A DNA stretch of 64,000 nucleotides from Candidatus Dojkabacteria bacterium (GTDB lineage Bacteria > Patescibacteriota > Dojkabacteria > J137): positions 505,924 to 569,923 of the forward strand of contig AP024679.1 of NCBI GenBank assembly GCA_025999215.1, written 5' to 3'. The position numbers and the translations under genes are program-made. Shown in pieces: positions 50,507 to 62,300 of the stretch (position 1 is the stretch's first letter; each line of letters starts with the position of its first letter). The notes beneath the pieces are model-generated. The model was not told the DNA's origin and searched no databases. It saw only the letters and a program-made list of their open reading frames with translations.

Positions 50507-51973
50507 ATGCAAAAATTACAAAATTTAGAACAATTTAAAGCATGGGCAAAAGAAGCTGGATTTATTTTTCCTTCATCAGAAATTTACGGAGGGTTTCAAG
50601 CAATTTATGATTATGGTCATTATGGGTATTTGTTGAAAGAAAATGTAAAAAATGAGTGGCAAAAAGCTATGTGGCAAGAAAGAAGAGATATTGTGAGTTT
50701 GGATTCAGCAATTTTTATGCATCCAACTACTTGGGTAGCTTCGGGTCATGTAGGGGGTTTTTCAGATGTTTTGGTTGAAGACAAAAAAACTCACAAGCGT
50801 TATAGGGCTGATCATTTATTGGAAGATTGGGTTAAAAATGATCAAAATTTTAAAAACAAAAAAAATGAATTTATAGATTCCATATCTGATAAAGATGTTA
50901 AACAAGCTATAGAAAAGGAAGATTTTGATAAACTTAAACCTGAACAAATTGCTTCTCTAATTGAGCTTTTTGATATAAAAAGTCCTGATGGTCATGAACT
51001 AACTTACCCTAGGAATTTTAATTTGCTAGTAAAATCGAACTTAGGCACTACAGATTCATCGTTTAACGAAGATAATGTTACGTATTTAAGAGGGGAGACT
51101 TGTCAAGGGATTTACTTAAATTATAAAAATATTGTAGACAACATGAGAGTAAAAATACCTTTTGGTATTGCTCAAGTTGGAAAAGCCTTTAGGAATGAGA
51201 TTGTTGCTCGTCAATTTATTTTTAGAACTAGAGAATTTGAGCAAATGGAATTGCAATATTTTATTCATCCAGATAGTAATGACGAGACATTTGAAGAGTG
51301 GAAGCAAATAAGGTTAGATTGGTACATCAATAAACTAGGAATACCTAAGAGTGAATTAAATTTTAGACCTCATGAAAAGCTTGTTTTTTATGCAAAAGCT
51401 GCTGAAGATATAGTTTATAATTTTAAATCTATGGGTAAGTTTGATGAAATTGAGGGAATTCATGCTCGTTCTGACTATGATTTGTCTCAACATCAAAAAT
51501 TCTCTAAAGTAAAACTAGAATATTTTGATAACGAAAGAAATGAAAGATACATTCCATGGATAGTTGAAGCATCTTGTGGTTTAAATAGAATTGTAATGGC
51601 ACTTCTTGATAATTCGTGGACCAATGAAACTTTACCAGATGGGACTACTCGAATTGTTTTAAAACTTAAGAAAAGTATTGCGCCAATCAAAGTTGCAGTG
51701 CTTCCTCTTTCAAAAAAACCTGATTTAGTTAATATAAGTTTAAAAATTTGGGATACTTTGAAAGAAAACTTTATGGTTGAATATGATGAAAGAGGATCAA
51801 TTGGTAAAAGATACAGACGTCAAGATGAAATCGGAACTCCATTTTGTGTAACCGTTGATTTTCAAACACTAGAAGATAATAAAGTTACAGTGAGAGATAG
51901 AGATACAATGAAGCAGGAGAGAATAAATATCTCAAACATTACAGAGTACATTCAAAAAAATCTTGCTGAATAG
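50507..51973 (+). CDS. glyQS: Glycyl-tRNA synthetase, alpha2 (eukaryote-like) type
   Basis: SEIYGG, ASGH, FRNEI...FIFRTREFEQME and SIGKRYRRQDEIGTP motifs. Confidence 0.96.
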   Translation: MQKLQNLEQFKAWAKEAGFIFPSSEIYGGFQAIYDYGHYGYLLKENVKNEWQKAMWQERRDIVSLDSAIFMHPTTWVASGHVGGFSDVLVEDKKTHKRYRADHLLEDWVKNDQNFKNKKNEFIDSISDKDVKQAIEKEDFDKLKPEQIASLIELFDIKSPDGHELTYPRNFNLLVKSNLGTTDSSFNEDNVTYLRGETCQGIYLNYKNIVDNMRVKIPFGIAQVGKAFRNEIVARQFIFRTREFEQMELQYFIHPDSNDETFEEWKQIRLDWYINKLGIPKSELNFRPHEKLVFYAKAAEDIVYNFKSMGKFDEIEGIHARSDYDLSQHQKFSKVKLEYFDNERNERYIPWIVEASCGLNRIVMALLDNSWTNETLPDGTTRIVLKLKKSIAPIKVAVLPLSKKPDLVNISLKIWDTLKENFMVEYDERGSIGKRYRRQDEIGTPFCVTVDFQTLEDNKVTVRDRDTMKQERINISNITEYIQKNLAE

Positions 51974-52002
51974 TTTTTTATAAAAAAAATAATAATTTTG
52001 AT

Positions 52003-53202
52003 TTATTCTTCTGAAGTAAATTTAAATAACTTTATTTTTGTCTCTTTTTCAGTTCCGTCGCTGAAATATTTTACAGTTATTTCGTCACCTATCCTTTTAT
52101 TTTGGATTATGTTTAGCAAAGTGTTTTCTTCTGTAATTTTTTCACCATCGATTTCTAAAATTATATCGTAAGCTTTCAATCCTGCTTTATCTGCTGGACT
52201 ACCTTTTACAACTGCTGGTTCATCATTATTTCCTGGCACAAGCAATGCACCGTAATTTACACCAAGATTATTTTTTTCAGCAAATTCTTCAGTAACAATT
52301 CTATATCTAACGCCAAGCATTGGTCGTTCAATTGTTCCGAATTCTAAATATCTCTCCAAAACATCTTTTACCAAATCAATAGGAATTGCAAAACCAATGT
52401 TTTCAGCATTTTGTGCCACAGCCACATTTACTCCAATAACATTTCCATTTATATCTAAAAGTGGTCCTCCAGAATTTCCTTGATTAATACTTGCATCAGT
52501 TTGAATTAAATCATGAATCTGTTCTGTATTAAACCCACTCGCGTCACTTGCAATTATATCTCTACTTAGTCCTGATACTATACCTTTGCTTACAGTATTA
52601 CTAAATTGCCCAAGCGCATTACCAACAGCAATAACTGTTTGACCAACCTTTAGGTTGCTTGAACTTCCTAAGTTGAGAGCTGGTAAATTTTCAGCATCGA
52701 TCTTGATGATTGCTATGTCTAGCAGAGTATCGCGCGCAAGAACAGTAGCTTCAAATTTATCTCCATTTTCAAAAATGACTGTATAACTTGCATCCTCTAA
52801 ATTTACCACATGTCTATTCGTGATAATCAATCCATCTTCACTTACAACAAATCCAGTTCCTGCGCCTACTCTTCTTTCTTCTGTACCGCTTTGTCGTCTG
52901 CCTGGTATTCTAAATCCTTCAAAAAATGGATCACCTTCAAAAGGGTTATAATAGTAATTTTCGTATATGGGTACATCTTTAGTTATAATAATGCTAACTA
53001 CAGATTTACTAGCTTCTTGTGCTACATTAATTATATTTGATTCTTCATCAATTATTTCAACCGGTCTGTTTATGATCGCCTGTGTTGTCTCTCTGCTATT
53101 TTCAAATAGTTGAAAATATACAAATGCTCCACCAAAACCAGAGACAGATGAAAAAATAACAATCAAAACGAATGTTAAAAAAAGTGTAATTATTTTTCTC
53201 AT
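52003..53202 (-). CDS. htrA: HtrA/DegP-like serine protease with one PDZ domain
   Basis: GTGF, TNRHV, DIA and IQTDASINQGNSGGPL motifs; PDZ SPADKAGL. Confidence 0.93.
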   Translation of the reverse strand: MRKIITLFLTFVLIVIFSSVSGFGGAFVYFQLFENSRETTQAIINRPVEIIDEESNIINVAQEASKSVVSIIITKDVPIYENYYYNPFEGDPFFEGFRIPGRRQSGTEERRVGAGTGFVVSEDGLIITNRHVVNLEDASYTVIFENGDKFEATVLARDTLLDIAIIKIDAENLPALNLGSSSNLKVGQTVIAVGNALGQFSNTVSKGIVSGLSRDIIASDASGFNTEQIHDLIQTDASINQGNSGGPLLDINGNVIGVNVAVAQNAENIGFAIPIDLVKDVLERYLEFGTIERPMLGVRYRIVTEEFAEKNNLGVNYGALLVPGNNDEPAVVKGSPADKAGLKAYDIILEIDGEKITEENTLLNIIQNKRIGDEITVKYFSDGTEKETKIKLFKFTSEE

Positions 53203-53289
53203 ACTTAAAGTTTAATATTTTTGTTTTTAAGTTTCAAGTTTGGAATATTTTTCTTTTGTTAAAAATAAATTCGTGTTAAATTGTAAAGC

Positions 53290-54081
53290 ATGAAAGTTAT
53301 GAGTAATTCAACTAAATTTGCACACCTTGGAAAACCTGGAAGCATTTTTTCAAAAGGTTTTGAACGAAGGTTGAAAAAAATATTAGGTTTAGTGGATTTA
53401 AAAGATAAGAAGATTTTAGATTTAGGTGCTGGAGAAGGTGTTTGGATGATTCGATTTGCTGAGTTTACCTCTCCTGAAAACATTTATGGAGTTGATTATG
53501 ATGCTGAATCTTTAAAAAAATTTGAAGCCAATAACAATAAATCAAAAGTTAAAATTTCAACAAATAATTTCAAAATTGGTCCTGCAGAAAGTTTAGATTT
53601 TCCTGATAGTTTTTTTGACGTTGTTTTTCAAAACGAAGTTTTGGAGCATGTTGAAAATGATGTTAAAACTATAGAAGAGTGTCTAAGAGTTTTAAAAAAT
53701 GGTGGACATTTAATAATATTTACCCCTAACACTCTATGGCCTTTTGAGCAGCATGGAATTTTCGTTGGGAAGAAATATATTTGGGGAAATATTCCGTTAC
53801 TTCCATGGTTACCTAAATTTATTAAGAAAAAATTTGCTCCACATGTTAGAAATTATTCATGTAGAGATTTAAATAAAGTTTTTGAAAAGGCATCCTTAAA
53901 TACACAAATTAATTATCATGTAGTTTATCATAAACATGTTTTTCCTGGTTTTGATGGGCTAGAAAGAAGATATGGAGCCATTGGTAAAATAATTAAAAAA
54001 ATTTTTCATAAACTAGAAAAAACTCCATTAGGAATATTCGGAATAAGTCATTTGGTAATTATTGAAAAAGATAGTGAGTAA
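53290..54081 (+). CDS. Class I SAM-dependent methyltransferase (type 11)
   Basis: LDLGAGEG, FDVV..EVLEHV and RVLKNGG motifs. Confidence 0.88.
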   Translation: MKVMSNSTKFAHLGKPGSIFSKGFERRLKKILGLVDLKDKKILDLGAGEGVWMIRFAEFTSPENIYGVDYDAESLKKFEANNNKSKVKISTNNFKIGPAESLDFPDSFFDVVFQNEVLEHVENDVKTIEECLRVLKNGGHLIIFTPNTLWPFEQHGIFVGKKYIWGNIPLLPWLPKFIKKKFAPHVRNYSCRDLNKVFEKASLNTQINYHVVYHKHVFPGFDGLERRYGAIGKIIKKIFHKLEKTPLGIFGISHLVIIEKDSE

Positions 54082-54082
54082 T

Positions 54083-54169
54083 TGGTACCGAGGACAGGAG
54101 TCGAACCTGCAAGCTCTTGCGAGCACTGGTTCCTAAGACCAGCGTGTCTACCAATTCCACCACCTCGGC
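54083..54169 (-). tRNA. tRNA-Leu(TAG)
   Basis: Minus strand GCCGAGG...GGTTCGACTCC...CGGTACCA; anticodon arm CTGGT-CTTAGGA-ACCAG; variable arm. Confidence 0.95.
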
Positions 54170-54183
54170 TCGACTTTATTATA

Positions 54184-55779
54184 CTAAATTTGTTCAGATT
54201 TTGCCAATTTATTTTGTTCTGCTATTTTCTTTTCTGACCATGTTATAGCTTTTGCATGCTTTTGTCCTAACATCATTCTCGTAGTTGCGTCTATAAACGG
54301 TAAAAATCCATAAGATAAATAAACTACATAGCTCAATGGAATTTCAATGAAAAATAAAAATGCAAATTTTAAAAATGACATATTTTTTGGCCTTTCTGGA
54401 AGTAAATATAACTTAACAATAGAAGATGGCACTAAAAATAAAACTGCTAAAGTCATAAAAATTGACACCATTTCACGAGCAGAGACTGAAATAACAAGCT
54501 CATTAACTTTTGGATTTATCAATAAAACTATTGGAATTGTAAAAGAAAGTAAAAATGCAACAACCTTGAATAATACGAACTTTTCAAGCAAAATGTAAGT
54601 TTTATAAATTTTTTTCCAAATAGAAATTTTCTTATTTTTAAGCATAACTTTGAAGGCTATTGGTATGGTTACAACTCCCCATCCCCACCGGACATATTGT
54701 TTGTACTGATCAATATGATTTTTAAAATAATTATCATTGTAAACACCATCAGCATGAAGCGGAGAGAAAAAAACTTCACACCACCATTCACCATTAAAAT
54801 AATCGAATGGTCTCCAATAAAACGGAGTGTCATCTATTCCTAAGCTTGTATCCCAATAATTTACTGCTTTCATTACTCCCAAATTCATTGTAAACAACGA
54901 GTGAGTTTCTCTTTTTCTTTTTTCAACAACTGAAGATGCCAAAACAGGTATGGTGAGACTTATTGACAAAATCCTAATCATAATTGGAATATCCCAGTAA
55001 TTATTATTAAAAGTATACATTGCTGTTTGATAAAACTTTTTGTTTCTGTCTTTAGCAATTAACCATTTGTGGGTTAAATCTGCGAGATAATTTGGAGAAA
55101 TTAATATATCGCCATCAGGCGCAGATACCAAGAATTCATTTAGGTCATAACCTTTTTGTTCTAAAATCTCAACAGCTTTTTTGGTGCCCCAAGTTCTATT
55201 TGATGCAGCGCCTATTGCTTCACCAGGAATATCGTCTGGATGCACAAAAAACATTAACCTATCACCAAAAAAATCACCAAAATCTCTTTTTAAATATTCC
55301 CCCCGTTTTGCATAATCTGGATCTTTTTTAGCTTTGCGAGCTTCGATTGAAACAGATAAAAATAATTTTTCTTTGGGGTAATTTTGATTAATTATTCCAT
55401 TTATTGTTCTGGTTAAAACATCATAATCCTCTCCGTAATTTGCTATGACAATCAAATGATTAGGAAGAAGCGAATCTTTAGGCAAAGTTTCCGGATCAGG
55501 TAGCTTTTCTCTTTCTAGTTTAAGGCATTCTTGTAACCAATCTATTTTTTTTTGCTTGTTATATTTAATCAATCCTACAATTGAACCAATTGAAAAAATT
55601 GTGGCTCTATAAACCCAAAAAAGAGCTAAAATAATCATTGCATTGAAAACAATGTATGGAAAAGCAAGACCCATCCAAATGGGAGCGAGCAATAAAATCC
55701 AAATTAAAAATCCTGGAAGAATTTCAAAAAATCTTTGTAAAACTGAATCAAATCGGTCAACCCATGAATCTTTTTGCAT
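54184..55779 (-). CDS. Membrane GT2-like glycosyltransferase
   Basis: DGD, IDD and QYVRW (QxxRW) motifs; flanking TM helices. Confidence 0.8.
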   Translation of the reverse strand: MQKDSWVDRFDSVLQRFFEILPGFLIWILLLAPIWMGLAFPYIVFNAMIILALFWVYRATIFSIGSIVGLIKYNKQKKIDWLQECLKLEREKLPDPETLPKDSLLPNHLIVIANYGEDYDVLTRTINGIINQNYPKEKLFLSVSIEARKAKKDPDYAKRGEYLKRDFGDFFGDRLMFFVHPDDIPGEAIGAASNRTWGTKKAVEILEQKGYDLNEFLVSAPDGDILISPNYLADLTHKWLIAKDRNKKFYQTAMYTFNNNYWDIPIMIRILSISLTIPVLASSVVEKRKRETHSLFTMNLGVMKAVNYWDTSLGIDDTPFYWRPFDYFNGEWWCEVFFSPLHADGVYNDNYFKNHIDQYKQYVRWGWGVVTIPIAFKVMLKNKKISIWKKIYKTYILLEKFVLFKVVAFLLSFTIPIVLLINPKVNELVISVSAREMVSIFMTLAVLFLVPSSIVKLYLLPERPKNMSFLKFAFLFFIEIPLSYVVYLSYGFLPFIDATTRMMLGQKHAKAITWSEKKIAEQNKLAKSEQI

Positions 55780-55794
55780 AGTTTAATCTTAATT

Positions 55795-57092
55795 TTATTT
55801 AAAAATTTTTACAAGTCTGTGTTTTGATTTTGAATATATAAAGCAAACCTTATCGCGAACTTCTGGAATTTCATCTCCACTAGCTATTGCGTTGTTGCAT
55901 GTTTCACCAACATAAAAAGGTGTTGGATTAACTGCTGTAAAATTTAAATAAATCAGAAAACTTTCTCCTGGCTCAAGATCACCCAAAATAGAGTTTGTAA
56001 TATCTGCAATGTAAATTTGAGAGTTATTTTGCTCAGTTATAATTTGTGAAATATCGTTAATGGTTAAATTGTTTTTGATAATGTAGCCATTGTTAAATCT
56101 AATATAATTTGAATCCCATCTATCCCAAAACTCTACAACATTAAGTGTCGTGTTCCCTGTATTTGTTATAATAATTTCAAAATTTATTTGTTCACCAATA
56201 AGATAAGTCCTTCTCATTTAAAATTCTTTTATCTATTGACATTGACGTTTGACTTTCTTCAAACATACAATTTAAATTACAATTTTCATCAACAGCATAA
56301 TCACACTCTTCGTTACTTTGCCTTATTCCATCACCACAAAACGTGCATGAATATTGTGTTGGAGGTTCATTTGAGCTATTGAGAATGTCTCTACAGTTGG
56401 CTACTAGTTGACCTGAAGGTGGAGCGCCCAAAGCAGTACATCGCCTAAAAGTTTGAGAGTTTTCCTCTACCCTTTCACACAGTTCTCCTTCTTCACAAAT
56501 AGCATTTCCACAAAATGTTGAAGATTGAGCTTGACATGTTGGGCTATCTGGAAACTCAGGATTTACACATACTCCTCTAGTCGTGTCACATACCAAATTG
56601 TCTCTACATCCAAAAGTTGCATTGCATTGTTCATAACAGCCTGGGAGATCAACGGATTGTCTACAATACCTATAAATTATTGATGGGTTATCACAACCTG
56701 GACATCTTCCCACAACTAGTAAATTTTCTTGTTTAATGCAAAATGGATCACCAGCATGATCCTGCACTTGTGCCGCAGTCTTCCCATCCTTGTGGACAAG
56801 CTGGTGGTTCTGCATACGGATTTCCCAAGCATCCATTGTTCCACGACGGTTGCTGATCCCAGTTCATGCACACACAAAACCCACTTGTTACTTCACCGGT
56901 TGTGCAATAGGTTGCCTGGGGATATTCACAGTTTAGTGCATGGCAATCCTGTGCAGTTTGGCAAGGCGAACCAACTTGTACTTGAGCATTAAGCTCGTTT
57001 TGGTTTAGGGTAGAATTTATTGAACCAATAAAAAGAAAAAAAATTAATAAACTATAAATAATCAATAAAGTCAGCAGAAAATTTCTTCTCAT
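55795..57092 (-). CDS. Cys-rich secreted protein with C-terminal DUF11/Ig-like domain, split into three ORFs
   Basis: Signal anchor; many Cys; CGNAICE and CGDGI...EECD disulfide repeats; ITNTG...GDLEPGES. Confidence 0.65.
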
Positions 57093-57142
57093 AGTTTTAA
57101 TGTTATAATTTGAGTGATTATAGCATGATGTAAAAGGTTACA

Positions 57143-58054
57143 ATGAAAAAAGAAGACAGAAACACTTTTTTGACTATAGGTATAATTCTACTGGTGTGTA
57201 TTATTGCCTTGGTCGCTATTTTGAATATTGTTTGGAATATTATGAAGCCGCTCTTGAATAGCACTACGAATGCAACAACAAGCGAAATTAGAGCAGAAAT
57301 TATTGAAACAGATTATAATTTTGAGATTGAGGTTGAGAGCGTATCTAACAAAGATAATGATAATGAATTAAATCAAGAACAAGAAAAAAAGGACTACAGA
57401 ACTATACTAAAATCTTTAAAAACTCTTGCTAAACTTAAACAAGATATCCAATCGGAATCACCTCAAATTACACCAAACATAGAGGAAACTAACCATGAAA
57501 GCCCAATTGAACAATTAAATTACAATTTTGAAGTGCCAGAAAATAATCTACCTTCAGAACAAAATGAATTTGAAGATACGAGTTTACAAAACTTGCCTGA
57601 TGAAATTGTAAATGATGCTATTTTTGCTGAGCAACAATTTCAAGCAGGTACAACTCAGATAAATATGCAGATTAAAATTCCTAAAATTGGTGTGGATGCG
57701 CCGGTGGTTCAAGGTTTTGGTGCAAGCGAGCTATTGAAAATAGGTTTCTGGGTTCATCCTGCATCATACAATTTAGGTCAAGGTGAATTTGTGTTGTTGT
57801 GCCACAGAAGATATTTTGGTCCAAACCATCCAAAAAGTTGTTGGTATTTAGATAAGTTAGAAATTGGAGACGAGATTAGTTTTGATTTGTTCGGTGAAAA
57901 ATTAACATATAATGTGGTGGGTACTAATGTTTTTGATTCTAACGATCCGGTTATCTATACTATGTCACCTTACAATGATTACGTAAAAATTGTAACTTGT
58001 CATCCATTATATTCTAATGAGCAGCGTTTAGTGGTACTTGCAGAAAGAATTTAA
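57143..58054 (+). CDS. Sortase
   Basis: IPKIGVDAPV, CHR, LEIGD and IVTCHP...RLVV (His/Cys/Arg triad); N-terminal TM helix. Confidence 0.88.
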   Translation: MKKEDRNTFLTIGIILLVCIIALVAILNIVWNIMKPLLNSTTNATTSEIRAEIIETDYNFEIEVESVSNKDNDNELNQEQEKKDYRTILKSLKTLAKLKQDIQSESPQITPNIEETNHESPIEQLNYNFEVPENNLPSEQNEFEDTSLQNLPDEIVNDAIFAEQQFQAGTTQINMQIKIPKIGVDAPVVQGFGASELLKIGFWVHPASYNLGQGEFVLLCHRRYFGPNHPKSCWYLDKLEIGDEISFDLFGEKLTYNVVGTNVFDSNDPVIYTMSPYNDYVKIVTCHPLYSNEQRLVVLAERI

Positions 58055-59199
58055 ATGTTTCTAATTCTGCTTATATTCAGTAAAAGACCTGTGGCCATTA
58101 AAAGTGCTATTACACTACTTCCACCGTAAGATAAAAAAGGTAAGGGAATACCTCCAAAGGGAATTACGCTTAAATTTGCAGCGATATTTAGATATGCTTG
58201 TATTGATATCCATGAAGTTATGCCAACTGCAACAAGTGATCCAAATTTATCTGAGCAATTTTTGGCAATATCAACACCAACTTTTGAAAGATACAAAAAG
58301 CAACCAATTACTATTAAACTTCCGAATATTCCAAATTCTTCTCCTATTACCGCAAAAATTGAATCAGTATATGCTGCCTCCTGAAGGAACCCATGTTTAG
58401 TTCGAGATTCTGTGTAACCCTTGCCAAAAATCCCTCCACTACCTATTGCTATAATCCCACTCCAAGTTTGAAAATTCTGATCTCTGGCGCTTTCATCTGA
58501 AGGTTCGCCATTTAAAATTATTTCTAAATATCCTTGAAATCTTTGCGCCCTGTAATCCTCTAGTTGAATTGCGAGTAAACCTACAGAAAATGATAAAATC
58601 AGCAATGAAACTATAGCTAATGTGTAAATTTTTTCGTTGAAAGCAACAAAAAATATACTAAAAATAGTTAATACTAAAATTGCTGTTGTGTCTAAATCTC
58701 TTTGAGCTAAAACAAGTAAACTTACAATTCCTAATGGAATCAGAAATTTTAGAATAATTTTAACGTGATCTTCTGTTGATGAGCTTTTTTTAATTTCTTT
58801 TTCAATGCTAGTAAGCCAAGCGGATGCATAAATTATATATGCTAATTTTATAAATTCAACAATTTGAATCTCAGTTACTCCAACGTCAATCCAACGTACA
58901 GCTCCATTTCTTTCAATCACAAATGGCAAGTTGATTTTGAAAACTGCTTCAATTGCAATTATTAAAAGAAAAAACAATCCAATTGATAAAAATAAAAAGG
59001 AGTTTTTTTTGAAAAAATTTAGAGGAAATATAAACATAAAAATTGATAGAATGCCTCCCACAAAAATCCAAGCAAGTTGTCGTTTGACAAAGAAAAATGC
59101 ATCAGAGTTATATTCAACTTTGTTTGCAACTGTGGGCGCACTTGCGCTAAAAATCATCAATAATCCTATAGTTAGCAACAAAGTTACAACTCCTATCAA
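58051..59199 (-). CDS. ftsW: FtsW/RodA SEDS peptidoglycan polymerase
   Basis: GAVRWI, EFIKL, AIGSGG, TDSIFAVIGEEFG and PLPFLSYGGS motifs; true start may be 59291 with indels. Confidence 0.9.
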   Translation of the reverse strand: MIGVVTLLLTIGLLMIFSASAPTVANKVEYNSDAFFFVKRQLAWIFVGGILSIFMFIFPLNFFKKNSFLFLSIGLFFLLIIAIEAVFKINLPFVIERNGAVRWIDVGVTEIQIVEFIKLAYIIYASAWLTSIEKEIKKSSSTEDHVKIILKFLIPLGIVSLLVLAQRDLDTTAILVLTIFSIFFVAFNEKIYTLAIVSLLILSFSVGLLAIQLEDYRAQRFQGYLEIILNGEPSDESARDQNFQTWSGIIAIGSGGIFGKGYTESRTKHGFLQEAAYTDSIFAVIGEEFGIFGSLIVIGCFLYLSKVGVDIAKNCSDKFGSLVAVGITSWISIQAYLNIAANLSVIPFGGIPLPFLSYGGSSVIALLMATGLLLNISRIRNI

Positions 59200-59390
59200 C
59201 CTAAAATCTGGAGCTTTTTGTTTTGCTGTTTATTTTTTTTAAAAAAGATGGTTTTGTGCGTGACCTATATATTTTCTTTTCCTTTCTTCATGCCTCTAAG
59301 TATACATTAATTTTTAATTGTACATAAACTTGATAAAAATTGATTAAAGAGATAGAATAAGAAAGCTTATTTTAAAACTAAATTTAACGA

Positions 59391-62300
59391 ATGATCAATA
59401 AATTTAAAAAAATATTTGACGGAAGCAATAGAATCATTAAATCGGTTGAACCTGATTTTAAAAAATTTCAATCCTTCAAAGAAAAGTCTGAAAATCTCAC
59501 CAATGATGAAATGAGAGAAAGAATTAATGAGATTAAGAATGAGTTTAAAGAGTTATCCAAAAATGTACCTGAAGAGGCAATGAGATCTCTCAAACAATTT
59601 AGAAGAACTAAATCAGACATTCCTTCATATGAACAAAAAATTTTCAATAAAGTTTTGGAAGTAATGCCAGAAGTTTATGCATACATTGATGAAGTTTTTA
59701 AGAGAAAATCAGGCCACTCTTTTCACTCGGTTCAGATAAAAGCAGCAATGGTTTTGGCGCAAGGGCAACGATTAGTAGAAATGAAAACTGGTGAAGGTAA
59801 AACAAGGACTTTTGTTTTACCTTTGGCTCTTTACTCACTGGTGGGTAGAGGCGCTCATTTAGCAACGGTAAATGATTACCTTTCAAAAGTCGGTGGGGAA
59901 TATGTTGGACATTTTTTAAGTGAATTAGGTATTTCTGTTGGCATCATAACACCAAATGGATCATATAGATTCATTAGGGATGATGAACTAGAAAAATACA
60001 AGGGGAAAGAGGCGCTGGAGCAGAGAAAAAAACAGGCTTTAGAAATTGATAGGATGGAAGGACTTAACTTGCTTGAAGTTCCAAAAAAAGTTGCATATCA
60101 AATGGATGTAACTTATGGTACCAATAATGAGTTTGGTTTTGATTACTTGAGAGATAACATGGCGAGCTCAATAGATAAAATGGTTCAGAGAGAGTTGTAC
60201 TTTTGTGTTATTGATGAAGCAGATTCGATTTTAATTGATGAAGCGAGAACTCCACTAATAATTTCTGGAATACCTCAAGAATCTGATACAGAAAAATACA
60301 CTACATTTGCCAAAGCAGTTGCCCAACTTGAAGAAGGGAGAGATTATACTGTTGATTTTAAATCATTTTCTGTTTTACTAACAGAAGAAGGAATTAAAAG
60401 GTTAGAAGATATTTTGGGTGTTGCAAATTTGTGGGACGACTTTAGCATGGCTTATCATGTTGAAAATGCACTAAAAGCTAAAGCTCTTTACATAAAAGGC
60501 GACAAATATTTGGTTAAAAATGGCGAAGTTTTAATAGTTGACGAGTTTACAGGAAGAATTATGAAAGGAAGAAGGTATTCTGAAGGATTGCATCAAGCTA
60601 TTGAAGCGAAAGAAGGCGTTGAAATTAAACAAGAAACTAAAACATTTGCCACAATTACATTTCAAAATTTCTTTAGATTGTATAAGGTTTTGTGTGGAGG
60701 TTCTGGAACTATTATGACGGAACAGGAAGAATTTTATAAAATTTATGGTTTAGAATCTGTAGAAATTCCAACAAATAAACCTGTGATTAGAATAGACCAT
60801 CCAGATAGAATTTACAAAACAATGGATGCTAAATTTAGAGCTGTAGTAAGGGATGTAATTGAACAAAACAAAATTGGAAGGCCTGTCCTAATTGGTACGG
60901 CATCAGTTGAGAAATCAGAATTACTTTCAAAAATGCTTGATGAAGCAGGAGTTAAGCATGAAGTTTTAAATGCAAAGTATCATGAACGAGAATCTAGAAT
61001 AATTGCAAAAGCGGGAAAAAAGGGAGCTGTAACAGTTGCGACAAACATGGCTGGTAGAGGAACAGATATCGTAGTAGGTGGAGGAGTTAGAGGCGATGAT
61101 GCTTGGAAAGAAATAATTGAGATGGGTGGGCTTTATGTGATCGGTACCGAACGACATGATTCTCGAAGAATTGATAACCAGCTTAGAGGTAGAACTGGTA
61201 GACAAGGTGAACCTGGTGAAACAAGATTCTATGTTTCTTTAGAAGATCAGATAATGAGAGTGTTAGGTGGTGAAATAATGGCTAAGATTTTAAACATGGT
61301 TAGAATGGATGATGACCAACCAATTGAATTGAGGATGTTATCTAAGCAAATTGAAAGTGCTCAAAAGAGAATTGAAGGTATGAATTTCGATAGAAGAAAA
61401 AATGTTGTTGAATACGATGATGTAATGAATCAACATCGTGAAGTTTTTTATACAATTCGAAGGGATTTTTTGACTTTGGCTGATAATGCTTTAGGCAAAT
61501 TTAAAATTGGTCAAGATATCATTAATATTAGATCGCTAGAAAATGAAAAACAACGAGAAGATTTAGAAAAGAAAGTTGAGGCTGCAAGAGAGAAACTTAC
61601 TGAATTTATGATTCAAAAATTAGAAAATGAAGTAAAAAGGCTTATTGATTTAAATTTTAAAAATGGTTCAAGTGATGAAAATTATTCTGAGCTTGTAAAT
61701 GACCTGCTTAAGTTTATTCCTGAAAAATTATGGATAGAACATCTAAATTTATCAGAAGATAATTTAAAAGATCAAATTTTACATAAACTAAAAGAACTAA
61801 AGATTTCTGAACTAGAAAGATTTTTGGTTAACTTTGTTAATGATATTGCAAAATCCAAATTTAGAGAATTTAAAGATGATATTTATTCAATAATTAAAGT
61901 TATTACTCTGAGACAATTTGATGTTAAATGGGTAGATCATCTTGAAATCATGAAAGATATTCGTGATGGAGTAAGATTACAACAATATGCGCAAAAGAAT
62001 CCTCTTGTTGAATACAAAAATAGAGCGTTCGAAGTGTTTAATTCTTTCGTTTTGTCAATAAATTCTGAAACTGCAAAAACTTTTATGAAACTTAGAAGAG
62101 TTGATGCAAGAGAATCTTCATTTATACAGAAAATTACTACAAATAGAGAGCAAATAGAAGATGTTGTAACTGGAGATAGAGAAATGGATATATCTAGTTT
62201 AGCAAATAAAAATAATTCAGTAATTTCAAATCAAGTTGCTATAAATTCTATCAATAAATCAAATCAACAACATTCCTCAACCAATAAACAAATTAAATCA

